A stretch of DNA of 64,000 nt from Candidatus Aminicenantes bacterium (GTDB lineage: Bacteria; Acidobacteriota; Aminicenantia; Aminicenantales; Aminicenantaceae): positions 370 through 64,369 of the forward strand of contig WVZL01000003.1 in assembly GCA_011772495.1 (NCBI GenBank). The letters are read 5' to 3'. Positions 39,145-47,818 of this stretch are shown one piece after another. The position numbers were made by a program, and so were the translations under genes. How positions within the stretch are numbered: the stretch's first letter is position 1; each line of letters begins with the position of its first letter. The notes beneath the pieces are model-generated. The model had not been told where the DNA came from, made no database searches, and saw only the letters and a program-made list of their open reading frames with translations.

Positions 39145-40532
39145 ATTTTCTTTTTCTTCCAGCGGCCGGCTTTAAACCAGAAGGCAACCACAGATCCCTC
39201 CAGCACTGTGGAGAGAGCTATAGCCAGCCATAATCCGGTGGTGTCTAGAGAAAACAGCTTGGGGAGAAATAAGGCCAAGGGAATTCTTATTCCCATTAGA
39301 GAAATCGCGGTGATTGTCATCGGGGGAACAGTATCACCGGCGCCATGAAGACTCTGGTGGAGGACAATGCCCATGGCCAAGAAGATATAGCTGAAAACCA
39401 CTATACGAAGAAAAGAGGTTCCTTCTTGGATGACTTCTGGACTGTTGTTGAAGATATAAATGATCTGAGGAGCAAACAGGTAGAATAGAGAGCCAACCAC
39501 GATCATGATGGCTTCATAATATATCAGAGCCATCCAGGCGCTTTTTTCAGCCCTTTGAGGTTGTTTTGCTCCTAGATTCTGTCCTACGAGCGTGGCTGTG
39601 GCAGCTCCTAGGCCAAATCCGGGCATCATGACGATCATGTTAATCCTGAGCCCGATACCATAGGCGGCCAAAGCGTAGGTGCCGTAAAGTACAGCAATAC
39701 TCATGATGACCAGCCCAGAAGCGCTGCGGATAAGCATTTGTAATGAGCCAGGAATAGCGATCTTCATGATGCGCCAAAGTATATTAAATTTCAATTTGAG
39801 ATTCTTGAGAGATATATGGATGTAGGAATAACCTTTCCCCAAGATGACCAATATAATAAGCATCCCTATTCCTCGAGCCAAAACAGTGGCTAAGGCTGCG
39901 CCCTTGATTTCTAGCCGAGGAAAAGGACCCAGGCCAAAAATAAGAAGCGGGTCAGCCACGATGTTGATCAGGGTGGAAAGCATTAAAATCAGCATAGGCG
40001 TCAAAGCGTCTCCGGCTCCTCTTAGGATAGCTGCTCCCAAAAAGAGGAGGAACATGGTAAAAGAACCTAAGAACATGATGCTCAGATAGTCTGTTCCCAT
40101 TTCTACAACTTTTACTTCGGCGCCAAACATTTTGAGGAGAGTCTCGGAGAAGAAAAAGCCAACCACAGCTAGGAATAAAGAAGAAATTCCACCGAACAGT
40201 AAGGACTGCAGAGCCACTTCGTTGGCTTGGGAATATTCTTTAGCCCCTATGAACCTGGCCACCATGGCTGTTGTTCCGATGCCTATGCCCACGATAAGAG
40301 TGATAATCAGCATGAGAATCATTCCACTCAGTGAGACTGCAGCGATGGCTTCAGCACCCAATTTGCCGACAAAAATCATATCAACCACATTAAAAGCAGT
40401 CTGAAGGAAATTTCCAATCATCATGGGCCAGGCCAGAACCCATATGTTTTGGGAAATGCTTCCTATGGTGAGGTCGCGGTTGGGCTGGTTAAGAAACTTA
40501 AAGGCCTTGGGAATTCTTCTGGTTTCTTCCAT
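39141..40532 (-). CDS. MATE family efflux transporter
   Basis: 463 aa with 12 TM helices. The N-terminal WPMMIGNFLQTAFNVVDMIFVGKLG block is typical of NorM/DinF-type MATE transporters. It overlaps the DMT gene start by 4 nt. Confidence 0.85.
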   Translation of the reverse strand: MEETRRIPKAFKFLNQPNRDLTIGSISQNIWVLAWPMMIGNFLQTAFNVVDMIFVGKLGAEAIAAVSLSGMILMLIITLIVGIGIGTTAMVARFIGAKEYSQANEVALQSLLFGGISSLFLAVVGFFFSETLLKMFGAEVKVVEMGTDYLSIMFLGSFTMFLLFLGAAILRGAGDALTPMLILMLSTLINIVADPLLIFGLGPFPRLEIKGAALATVLARGIGMLIILVILGKGYSYIHISLKNLKLKFNILWRIMKIAIPGSLQMLIRSASGLVIMSIAVLYGTYALAAYGIGLRINMIVMMPGFGLGAATATLVGQNLGAKQPQRAEKSAWMALIYYEAIMIVVGSLFYLFAPQIIYIFNNSPEVIQEGTSFLRIVVFSYIFLAMGIVLHQSLHGAGDTVPPMTITAISLMGIRIPLALFLPKLFSLDTTGLWLAIALSTVLEGSVVAFWFKAGRWKKKKI

Positions 40533-40701
40533 ATTAAGCTCGTTGGGAATAATTGTAGCCCTGCTTTTTATCTCTTGGATTTGCCTTTAGCCTGATTATT
40601 ATTAGCATTCTGATTTTATCGTCTCTTGTCTCTCTGGTTATTTGTATAAAAAGAGGTATTATAAGAAAGAGAATTCTTTTAATCAAACTCAAATAATCTT
40701 T

Positions 40702-40729
40702 TTGAATTCCTGAGAAATTGTGTTAATAT
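40702..40729 (+). promoter_or_regulatory. sigma-70-type promoter for dnaX (TTGAAT-N16-TAATAT with TG extension)
   Basis: TTGAAT at 40702-40707 and TGTTAATAT at 40721-40729. Confidence 0.4.
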
Positions 40730-40786
40730 ATGGCTTAAAGAAAAAAGGACCGATTCTTCCTTACTTAAACTTCAAAGCCTGCTGAA

Positions 40787-42442
40787 ATGACCTATTTAAT
40801 TTATGCCCGCAAGTACAGGCCCAAGACTTTTGACGAGATGATTGGCCAGAAGGCAGTAGTCCAGACCCTTAAGAATGCGATCAAGAATAACAGAGTTGCT
40901 CAAGCTTATATTTTTTCCGGGATGAGAGGAGTTGGGAAAACAACGGCAGCTCGTATATTTGCCAAGGCTCTCAATTGTCAGCACGGACCTACTCCTACTC
41001 CCTGCAACAAATGCGAATTCTGTAAGTCTGTCGACGAAGATCGTTCTGTTGATGTTCTGGAGATAGATGGGGCTTCCAACCGGGGGATCGAGGAGGTGAG
41101 AAGCCTTCGCGAGGGAGTAAAATACAAACCTATACACAGCCGGAACAAAGTCATAATTATCGATGAAGTCCACATGCTTACTCGTGAAGCTTTCAATGCT
41201 CTGTTAAAAACCCTGGAGGAGCCACCTGCCCATACTGTCTTCATTTTTGCGACCACAGAATTTCATAAAGTCCCGGCCACCATAATCTCCCGCTGTCAGC
41301 ACTTTGAATTCAAGAAGATTTCGCAAAGAGATATTGTCAATCATTTGTTGGATATCACCCAGAAAGAGAAGATAGAGATATCTCCGGTTGGGCTAAACCT
41401 TATCGCTGAAGCGGCTGACGGAAGTTTGAGAGATGCCCAGAGTTTACTGGATCAAGCCGTGGCTTTTTCTGGAGAAGTTATCAACGATGGGGATTTAAAG
41501 GAGATTCTGGGAACCATAAGCAGGGAAATTCTGTTTGAATTTTCATCCATGATCATGGAAGAGAAGGCAGATTCCGTATTTCCTCTAGTGGATAAGCTTA
41601 TCGAAAGAGGTTTTGACCTTCGATATTTTTACAAGGAACTCATCCAGCATTTCAGGAACTTGCTGCTCGTAAAATCCATCGAAGGTCCTCAGGAACTCAT
41701 TCCTCTGAGTGAGGAGGAAATAGACAATCTGAAAAAAGAGGCTCAAAAGGCTTCGGGTGAAGAGATCCTTCGCTATCTCTCGGTTCTTCAACAGGGGGAG
41801 CCGGGCTTAAAATATTCATCTCATCCCCGCATATACTTGGAAGTCCTCTTGGTCAAATTATGCCACTTTAAAAAGCTAACCCCAATAGCTGACATCATTA
41901 AAGAATTAGAGAACCTTAAAGGAGGAATCAGCTCTGAAGCACCTCAAGACGCCGGGATAGAAGTTGAAAGCCGAGTCGAAGAGAAAAAAGAGATAAAGTC
42001 AGACCTTGATATTCAGAATAAGGAGAAAAACGCCCCGAAGGAAAGACCTAAAAAAAAAGAGATAATCGATGAAGTTATCAAAGCCCTCCAGGAGGAGAAG
42101 AGCTCTTTAGCGGCCATCCTTGCTCAGCATTCCTCATTCAAGCTCAGGGCTAAGACTGAAAAGGAGACCGCCAGCATCTTGGAAATATGTTTTTCGGGAG
42201 GAAAGAAGTACTACCTGGATACGCTTAATAAGGAGAGAAAGTTATTAGAAAAAATCGCTTCAGATGTCCTCGGTGAAAAAGTCAAATTAAAGCTCTCGGA
42301 AGAAATCGTGGAAGGGAGCCATCGGAGAGAAAAAGAGGTCGAGGCGGCTTTGAAAGACCCTAATGTCCAGTACTTCATGGATTTATTCAAAGCTCAGGTC
42401 CTATCAGTCGAGCCGATAAAGAAGGTAAAGGATAGGGAATAA
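40787..42442 (+). CDS. dnaX: DNA polymerase III subunits gamma/tau
   Basis: 551 aa with Walker A GMRGVGKTT, the Cys4 zinc module CQHGPTPTPCNKCEFC, IIDEVHML and the SRC motif (ISRCQ). Confidence 0.95.
   Translation: MTYLIYARKYRPKTFDEMIGQKAVVQTLKNAIKNNRVAQAYIFSGMRGVGKTTAARIFAKALNCQHGPTPTPCNKCEFCKSVDEDRSVDVLEIDGASNRGIEEVRSLREGVKYKPIHSRNKVIIIDEVHMLTREAFNALLKTLEEPPAHTVFIFATTEFHKVPATIISRCQHFEFKKISQRDIVNHLLDITQKEKIEISPVGLNLIAEAADGSLRDAQSLLDQAVAFSGEVINDGDLKEILGTISREILFEFSSMIMEEKADSVFPLVDKLIERGFDLRYFYKELIQHFRNLLLVKSIEGPQELIPLSEEEIDNLKKEAQKASGEEILRYLSVLQQGEPGLKYSSHPRIYLEVLLVKLCHFKKLTPIADIIKELENLKGGISSEAPQDAGIEVESRVEEKKEIKSDLDIQNKEKNAPKERPKKKEIIDEVIKALQEEKSSLAAILAQHSSFKLRAKTEKETASILEICFSGGKKYYLDTLNKERKLLEKIASDVLGEKVKLKLSEEIVEGSHRREKEVEAALKDPNVQYFMDLFKAQVLSVEPIKKVKDRE
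42050..42058 (+). other. A9 homopolymer (AAA AAA AAA in frame), candidate dnaX gamma-forming slippage site
   Basis: The run starts at codon 422 of 551. The -1 frame reaches TGA at 42070-42072 and the +1 frame reaches TAA at 42063-42065. Confidence 0.4.
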
Positions 42443-42471
42443 ACGGCGTTTTTCTGCAAAGGAGACATGAA

Positions 42472-42783
42472 ATGAAAAATATAGGCAATCTGCAAAAAAT
42501 GCTAAAGAATGCCAAACAAATGCAAGAAAAGCTGCAGAAAGAATTGGCTGAAATGAGAGTGGAAGGCTCCAGCGGAGGAGGGATGGTGACTGTTGTTCTG
42601 GACGGAACAAAAAGTCTAGTTTCTCTTTGCATAGATCCTGAAGTCGTGAACAAAGAAGACGTGGAAATGCTTCAAGATTTGATCATTGCTGCTTTTAACG
42701 ATGCAGGATCGAAAGTCGATGAAGGTTTATCTGAAAAACTAGGAAGCTTAGGAGCTGGATTAAAGATTCCAGGACTTTTCTGA
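42472..42783 (+). CDS. ybaB: YbaB/EbfC family nucleoid-associated protein
   Basis: 103 aa in the conserved dnaX-ybaB-recR position. The sequence has GGGMVTVVLDGTKSLVSLCIDPEVV. Confidence 0.9.
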   Translation: MKNIGNLQKMLKNAKQMQEKLQKELAEMRVEGSSGGGMVTVVLDGTKSLVSLCIDPEVVNKEDVEMLQDLIIAAFNDAGSKVDEGLSEKLGSLGAGLKIPGLF

Positions 42784-43391
42784 TGACGCAAGAATATGCT
42801 GAACCCTTAAATATTCTTATAGAAGAATTAAAGAAGATACCGGGCATCGGAGCTAAGACCGCTCAAAGAATTGCCTTCTATATCTTGGGGCTTCATCAGA
42901 GGGAAGCAGAGGACCTCGCGGAGGCCATAAAAGAAGCCAAAAAGAAGGTCTTTTATTGTTCTATCTGTAACAACATCACGCATGTCGAACCATGTCATTA
43001 TTGCACGAATTCCGAGAGGAGCAATGAGATTTTATGTGTGGTCGAAGAGCCTTTTAACATCGCTTCTATAGAGAAGACGGGTATTTATAGCGGAAGATAT
43101 CATGTTCTCTTGGGCAGCCTTTCTCCCCTGGAGGGAAGAGGGCCAGAGGAGCTTAAGACCGAAAAGCTGATCAAGAGGATCGAGAAGGACAATTTTAAAG
43201 AGGTTATCATAGCAACAAATCCCACTGTCGAAGGGGAAGCGACCGCCCTCTACCTGGCAAAGATATTGAAAAGATTCAAAGTTAAGCTGACGAGATTAGC
43301 CATGGGACTGCCCGTAGGATCTGACCTTGATTATGCTGACCAGGTCACCATCAAAAAGGCTCTCGAGGGAAGAACAGAGTTGAAAGAGTGA
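42783..43391 (+). CDS. recR: recombination protein RecR
   Basis: 202 aa with HhH (PGIGAKTAQRIAF), the Cys4 finger CSICNNITHVEPCHYC and a Toprim region. Confidence 0.95.
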   Translation: MTQEYAEPLNILIEELKKIPGIGAKTAQRIAFYILGLHQREAEDLAEAIKEAKKKVFYCSICNNITHVEPCHYCTNSERSNEILCVVEEPFNIASIEKTGIYSGRYHVLLGSLSPLEGRGPEELKTEKLIKRIEKDNFKEVIIATNPTVEGEATALYLAKILKRFKVKLTRLAMGLPVGSDLDYADQVTIKKALEGRTELKE

Positions 43392-43483
43392 GTGTTGCCC
43401 TGATTAGGAGACTTTGTCCCAAAGTGACCTGATTAGACTTTATCGCAGGCCTGAAGGATTTGGCAATTTTCTGAATCAATCGT

Positions 43484-43561
43484 GTCATTGCGGGCGAAGC
43501 GTGGCCATCTCATTATATAAAAGAAATACATTGCCTCAGCCACTATGTTCCTCGCAATGAC
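43484..43561. repeat. inverted repeat GTCATTGCG(GG) ... (CT)CGCAATGAC in the oxidoreductase leader
   Basis: The 9-bp perfect arms at 43484-43492 and 43553-43561 extend to ~11 bp with a G-U pair. The right arm abuts the AAGGAGG SD of the gamma-subunit gene. A third half-site, CGCAATGAC, lies at 46610-46618. Confidence 0.55.
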
Positions 43562-43577
43562 AAAAAAAGGAGGTTTA

Positions 43578-44153
43578 ATGGAAAAAACGATTGAAATTCG
43601 TTGGCATGGTCGGGCTGGCCAGGGTGTTGTCACAGCAGCTGTAACTCTGGCTGATGTTCTGTCTACAGAGAAGGGCAAATTTGTCCAGGCTTTTCCTGAG
43701 TTCGGAGCCGAAAAGAGAGGAGCTCCAATTTTAGCCTTCAACCGTATCAGTAACAAGCCTATCCGCTCTCATAGTCAAGTTTATTATCCAGATATTGTGG
43801 TTGTTACCGATCCCTCCCTTTTGGGAATGGTTGACATTGCCGAGGGGGCCAAAGAAAATGCAATCTTCATAATAAATACTACTTACGAGCTTCCTCTCAT
43901 CCGGGAAAAGCTTTCTTTGGGAGAAAGAAAAATTTATGGGTTGGATGCCTATACAATTGCTGCAGATGAATTAGGAAAGGCAATTCCCAATGTCCCTATG
44001 GTAGCCGCTTTAATAAAAATCACCCAAATCATGGACTTAGAGAAGTTCCAAAAAAGATTGAAAGTCTCTCTTTCCAAAAAGCTGCGGCCCGAGGTCGTTG
44101 AGAAGAATTTAAGAACCACAGATAGGGCATTCAAGGAGGTCAAAGAAGGATGA
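43578..44153 (+). CDS. 2-oxoacid:ferredoxin oxidoreductase gamma subunit (POR/VOR type)
   Basis: It has IEIRWHGRAGQGVVTAA. I moved the start to ATG 43578, which sits 4-5 nt after AAGGAGG. Confidence 0.8.
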   Translation: MEKTIEIRWHGRAGQGVVTAAVTLADVLSTEKGKFVQAFPEFGAEKRGAPILAFNRISNKPIRSHSQVYYPDIVVVTDPSLLGMVDIAEGAKENAIFIINTTYELPLIREKLSLGERKIYGLDAYTIAADELGKAIPNVPMVAALIKITQIMDLEKFQKRLKVSLSKKLRPEVVEKNLRTTDRAFKEVKEG

Positions 44154-44464
44154 AAAAAGAAAGTTGGAAAGAGTTAACTCTCGGAACCATCAATCTCGAT
44201 GCTGGCAATTCAGTTAAGAACTTAACCGGAACTTGGCGCTCTGGCAAAAAACCGCAATTTATCGAGGAAAGATGCATTCAATGTTTCTTTTGCTGGTTAT
44301 ATTGCCCCCATTTTGCCATCGAAGTTGATGGGGACAAGGTAAGAGGCATAAATTACGATTACTGTACGGGGTGTGGAATATGTTCGGTTGAGTGTCCTAC
44401 TAAGGAAAAAGCTATCGTCATGGTAAAAGAGGAAGTTAAGCTTTTCGAGGAGAGAGCCAAATGA
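44150..44464 (+). CDS. 2-oxoacid:ferredoxin oxidoreductase delta subunit (2x[4Fe-4S] ferredoxin)
   Basis: 104 aa with the CIQCFFCWLYCP and CTGCGICSVECP cluster motifs and an ATGA start/stop overlap. Confidence 0.85.
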   Translation: MKKESWKELTLGTINLDAGNSVKNLTGTWRSGKKPQFIEERCIQCFFCWLYCPHFAIEVDGDKVRGINYDYCTGCGICSVECPTKEKAIVMVKEEVKLFEERAK

Positions 44465-45642
44465 GTAAATTTGTAACACTAAACGGCAATCAAACGATTG
44501 GAGAGGCAGCGAGACAGATTGATCCGGATGTGATTGCAGCCTATCCTATTACTCCCTCTACAGCCATCGTGGAGACTATTGCTAAATTCAAGGCTGATGG
44601 CCTGATCTCCGGCGAATTTGTCTGTCCCGAAAGCGAACACAGCGCTATGAGCCTTTGCATCGGTGCAGCTTCTGCTGGGGGGCGGGTCATGACAGCCACG
44701 GCTTCCCAGGGCTTAGCCTTGATGTGGGAGATGCTTTACATAGCTGCTGGCTTGAGGCTTCCGATTGTGGCCGCTATAGCTAATCGTTCCTTGAGCGCTC
44801 CAATAAATATTCACGGGGACCACAGCGACACCATGGGAGCACGCGATTCAGGATGGATTCAAATCTATTCTGAGAACTGCCAGGAGGCTTATGATAATTT
44901 TATTCAAGCTTTTCGGATTGCTGAGCATTTAGATGTCAGAACACCTGTTTTGGTCGGGCTGGATGGATTTATCATCAGCCACTCTATGGAAGTCATCCAG
45001 GTCGAAGATGATGCTGAGGTGAAAAAATTTATAGGAGAATATAAATCCCTCTATCCTCTTCTTGACTCCAAAGTGAAGATGACTGTCGGTCCGATTGATT
45101 TCACCGATTATTATTTCGAGCATAAGAGAAATCAGCTTGAAGGCATCGAGAATGCACCTCAAGTTATCGAAGAAGTCGGGAAGGAGTTTGGAAAGAAGTT
45201 TGGACGCGAGTATGGGTTTTTCGAAGGATACAGGCTGGATGACGCAGAACTATGTATTGTGGCCATGAGTTCGGCAGCAGGAACCTGCAAAGATGCCATA
45301 GATGAATTGAGGTCTGAAGGAAAAAGAGTCGGACTTCTCAAACCCAGGATCTTTCGTCCTTTCCCTCATCAAAGAATTTCAGAGGCGTTAATAAAAATGA
45401 AAGCCGTAGCTGTTCTAGACCGATCATCAAGCCCTGGGGCTTTTGGAGCTCCTTTGTTCACAGAGATTCGCTCTGCCTTATATGATTATGAGGAACGCCC
45501 TAAGATTACAAATTATGTTTACGGTTTAGGAGGAAGGGACATAAAGATTGAACATTTCAAAGAAGTTACTGATGATCTGGAAAAAATAGCCGAGACTGGA
45601 AAAGTAGAAAAGGTATACAGCTATATCAATTTGAGAGAATAA
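44461..45642 (+). CDS. 2-oxoacid:ferredoxin oxidoreductase alpha subunit
   Basis: 393 aa with the N-terminal GNQTIGEAARQIDPDVIAAYPITPST block typical of PorA/VorA. Confidence 0.85.
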   Translation: MSKFVTLNGNQTIGEAARQIDPDVIAAYPITPSTAIVETIAKFKADGLISGEFVCPESEHSAMSLCIGAASAGGRVMTATASQGLALMWEMLYIAAGLRLPIVAAIANRSLSAPINIHGDHSDTMGARDSGWIQIYSENCQEAYDNFIQAFRIAEHLDVRTPVLVGLDGFIISHSMEVIQVEDDAEVKKFIGEYKSLYPLLDSKVKMTVGPIDFTDYYFEHKRNQLEGIENAPQVIEEVGKEFGKKFGREYGFFEGYRLDDAELCIVAMSSAAGTCKDAIDELRSEGKRVGLLKPRIFRPFPHQRISEALIKMKAVAVLDRSSSPGAFGAPLFTEIRSALYDYEERPKITNYVYGLGGRDIKIEHFKEVTDDLEKIAETGKVEKVYSYINLRE

Positions 45643-45656
45643 AGGAAGGAGGCAAG

Positions 45657-46583
45657 ATGGCAAAATTAAAAGATTTAGCCGCAATAGAAGATAGATTAGT
45701 GGCAGGGCACGGGATGTGCATTGGTTGTGGTATTCCACTCATTTTTAAAGTCATTTTAAGGGCAACTGAAGACCCTCTCATCATCGCCAATGCCACCGGC
45801 TGCTTAGAGGTATGCACAACTATTTTTCCTCGGACTTCATGGAATGTCACCTGGGTTCATTCTGCCTTCGAGAATGCTGCCTCCACGATTTCCGGTATTG
45901 AAGTCATGTATAAAGCTTTAAAGAAGAAAGGCCGGATTCCTAAGGATAAGAGGTTCAAATTCTTAGGCGTAGGAGGAGACGGAGGAACTTATGATATAGG
46001 TCTTCAAGCTCTTTCTGGCGCTGTAGAGAGAGGTCATGATATTGTATATGTCTGCTATGATAATAATGTGTACGCTAATACTGGAGGACAAAGGTCTTCG
46101 GCTACCCCTATCGGCGCCTCGGCAACAACTTCTCCAGCCGGAACTCAAAGTCCAGGAAAAATACAAAGGAGAAAAGACTTAACTAAAGTTTTAGTTGCTC
46201 ACAACATTCCTTATGTAGCCCAGGCAAGCCCCCACCGATGGCAAGACCTTTACAACAAGGCCAAAAAGGCTTTCGAGGTCGAAGGTCCAGCCTTTTTAAA
46301 TGTGCTTTGTCTCTGTCCCACCGAATGGAAATACGATGAATCCCTGGGAATAAGGCTGGCTCACATGGCTGTGGATACCTGTGTCTGGCCGCTCTATGAG
46401 GTCGAAAACGGTAAATACAAGATAAATTACAAGCCTAAGGAGAAAAAACCAGTCCTGGAATGGATAAAAACCCAGGGAAGGTTTCGCCATCTTTTCAAAG
46501 AAAAAAATGCTTGGGTTTTAGAGGAATTCCAGAAGCAGGTTGATCAGGACTGGGAGGAATTGAATAAATTGGAGAGCTTATAA
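45657..46583 (+). CDS. 2-oxoacid:ferredoxin oxidoreductase beta subunit (TPP-binding)
   Basis: 308 aa with GHGMCIGCG and the TPP motif GGDGGTYDIG...YDNNVYANTGGQ. Confidence 0.85.
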   Translation: MAKLKDLAAIEDRLVAGHGMCIGCGIPLIFKVILRATEDPLIIANATGCLEVCTTIFPRTSWNVTWVHSAFENAASTISGIEVMYKALKKKGRIPKDKRFKFLGVGGDGGTYDIGLQALSGAVERGHDIVYVCYDNNVYANTGGQRSSATPIGASATTSPAGTQSPGKIQRRKDLTKVLVAHNIPYVAQASPHRWQDLYNKAKKAFEVEGPAFLNVLCLCPTEWKYDESLGIRLAHMAVDTCVWPLYEVENGKYKINYKPKEKKPVLEWIKTQGRFRHLFKEKNAWVLEEFQKQVDQDWEELNKLESL

Positions 46584-46656
46584 AGAAAGGGGTTAGGCCA
46601 TTCAGGCTTCGCAATGACATTTTTATTTATTTCTGGCATGTTAGAGGAGGCTTCTG

Positions 46657-47760
46657 ATGAAAATCAGCCAAATTGATGTTTATCAAGTTGACTATAAACT
46701 TCTGGATCAAAAATACGCCTGGTCAAGAGGTCATGTTGTCACTTCCTTCGTAAGCACCATCATCAGAATATCCACCGACGAGGGTCTGAAAGGCTTTGCA
46801 GAAGCGTGTCCTCTGGGTTCGGCCTATATGGATGCCTTTGCTCAGGGAATACCCAGCGGGATCAAAGAATTGGGTTCTCTGCTTATAGGTCGGAACCCTT
46901 GTCAAACCAATGTCATCAATGATGTCATGGATCTGGCGCTAGGAGGACATAATTACATCAAGTCACCTCTTGACATTGCCTGCTGGGACATATTCGGCCA
47001 GGCAACGGGTGTTCCGGTTTGTAGCCTACTGGGCGGGCAGTATGTTGAAAACTTTCCTCTATACAGAGCCATATCTCAAGGATCTGCTGAAGAAATGGCC
47101 AAAGATATCACACGATTCCGAGAACAAGGATATCGGCGATTCCAGCTCAAGGTTGGGGATGACCCGAGTGAAGATATCAAGCGTGTCAAAGCTGCCCTGA
47201 AAGTCATTCCAAAAGGGGATATCTTGGTAGCTGACGCCAATACAGGCTGGCTGATGCATGAGGCTGTTCGAGTAGCTAATGCTTTAGCCGGGGAGGATTT
47301 ATACCTAGAGCAGCCTTGTTCCACTCTTGAAGAATGTTTGGATGTCCGAGAGCACACGGACTTGCCCATGGTACTGGATGAAGTCATCACGGGAGTTGGG
47401 TCTCTCTTAAAGGCTTATGATGAACGTGCTATGGAAGTGGTGAACCTTAAGATTTCCCGACTGGGAGGCTTAAGCAAGACCAAGAAGATGAGAGACCTGT
47501 GTGAATCGCTGGGAATCGCTATGACTATTGAAGATTGCTGGGGAGGGGATATCACAACGGCGACTATCGCCCACCTGGTAGGAAGCACTCGAGCAGAATT
47601 CTATTTCACCTCTACAGACTTCAACAGTTATAATGATGTTCACTTGGCCGAGGATGCTCCCCTGAGAAAAGAGGGATGGCTTGACGTTCCCTCCAAGCCT
47701 GGACTTGGCATCCGCGTGAATGAGAAAATGCTCGGCAAACCTATCCTGACAATAAAATAA
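46657..47760 (+). CDS. enolase-superfamily enzyme, mandelate racemase/muconate lactonizing (MLE subgroup-like)
   Basis: 367 aa. The metal ligands are in VADANTGW, YLEQPC and VLDEVI. The catalytic Lys candidates are in FQLKVG and NLKISRLGG. It has an AGGAGG SD. Confidence 0.7.
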   Translation: MKISQIDVYQVDYKLLDQKYAWSRGHVVTSFVSTIIRISTDEGLKGFAEACPLGSAYMDAFAQGIPSGIKELGSLLIGRNPCQTNVINDVMDLALGGHNYIKSPLDIACWDIFGQATGVPVCSLLGGQYVENFPLYRAISQGSAEEMAKDITRFREQGYRRFQLKVGDDPSEDIKRVKAALKVIPKGDILVADANTGWLMHEAVRVANALAGEDLYLEQPCSTLEECLDVREHTDLPMVLDEVITGVGSLLKAYDERAMEVVNLKISRLGGLSKTKKMRDLCESLGIAMTIEDCWGGDITTATIAHLVGSTRAEFYFTSTDFNSYNDVHLAEDAPLRKEGWLDVPSKPGLGIRVNEKMLGKPILTIK

Positions 47761-47818
47761 ACATAAGAGTAGCCTTCAATTTTATATCCAGTTATCATCT
47801 TAAAAACAAGGTGGAATT

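Noticed and set aside
40533-40786. I looked for an SRP RNA (ffs), which precedes dnaX-ybaB-recR in many bacteria.
   Set aside because: The interval has no GGTGCTGTTT...CAGGTCCGGAAGGAAGCAGCC-type domain IV motif. Only a plausible dnaX promoter is present.
43433-43756. A 107-aa minus-strand ORF spanning the recR-oxidoreductase intergenic region.
   Set aside because: It overlaps the well-supported gamma-subunit start and its SD, has no recognisable motif and covers the inverted-repeat leader. It is most likely spurious.
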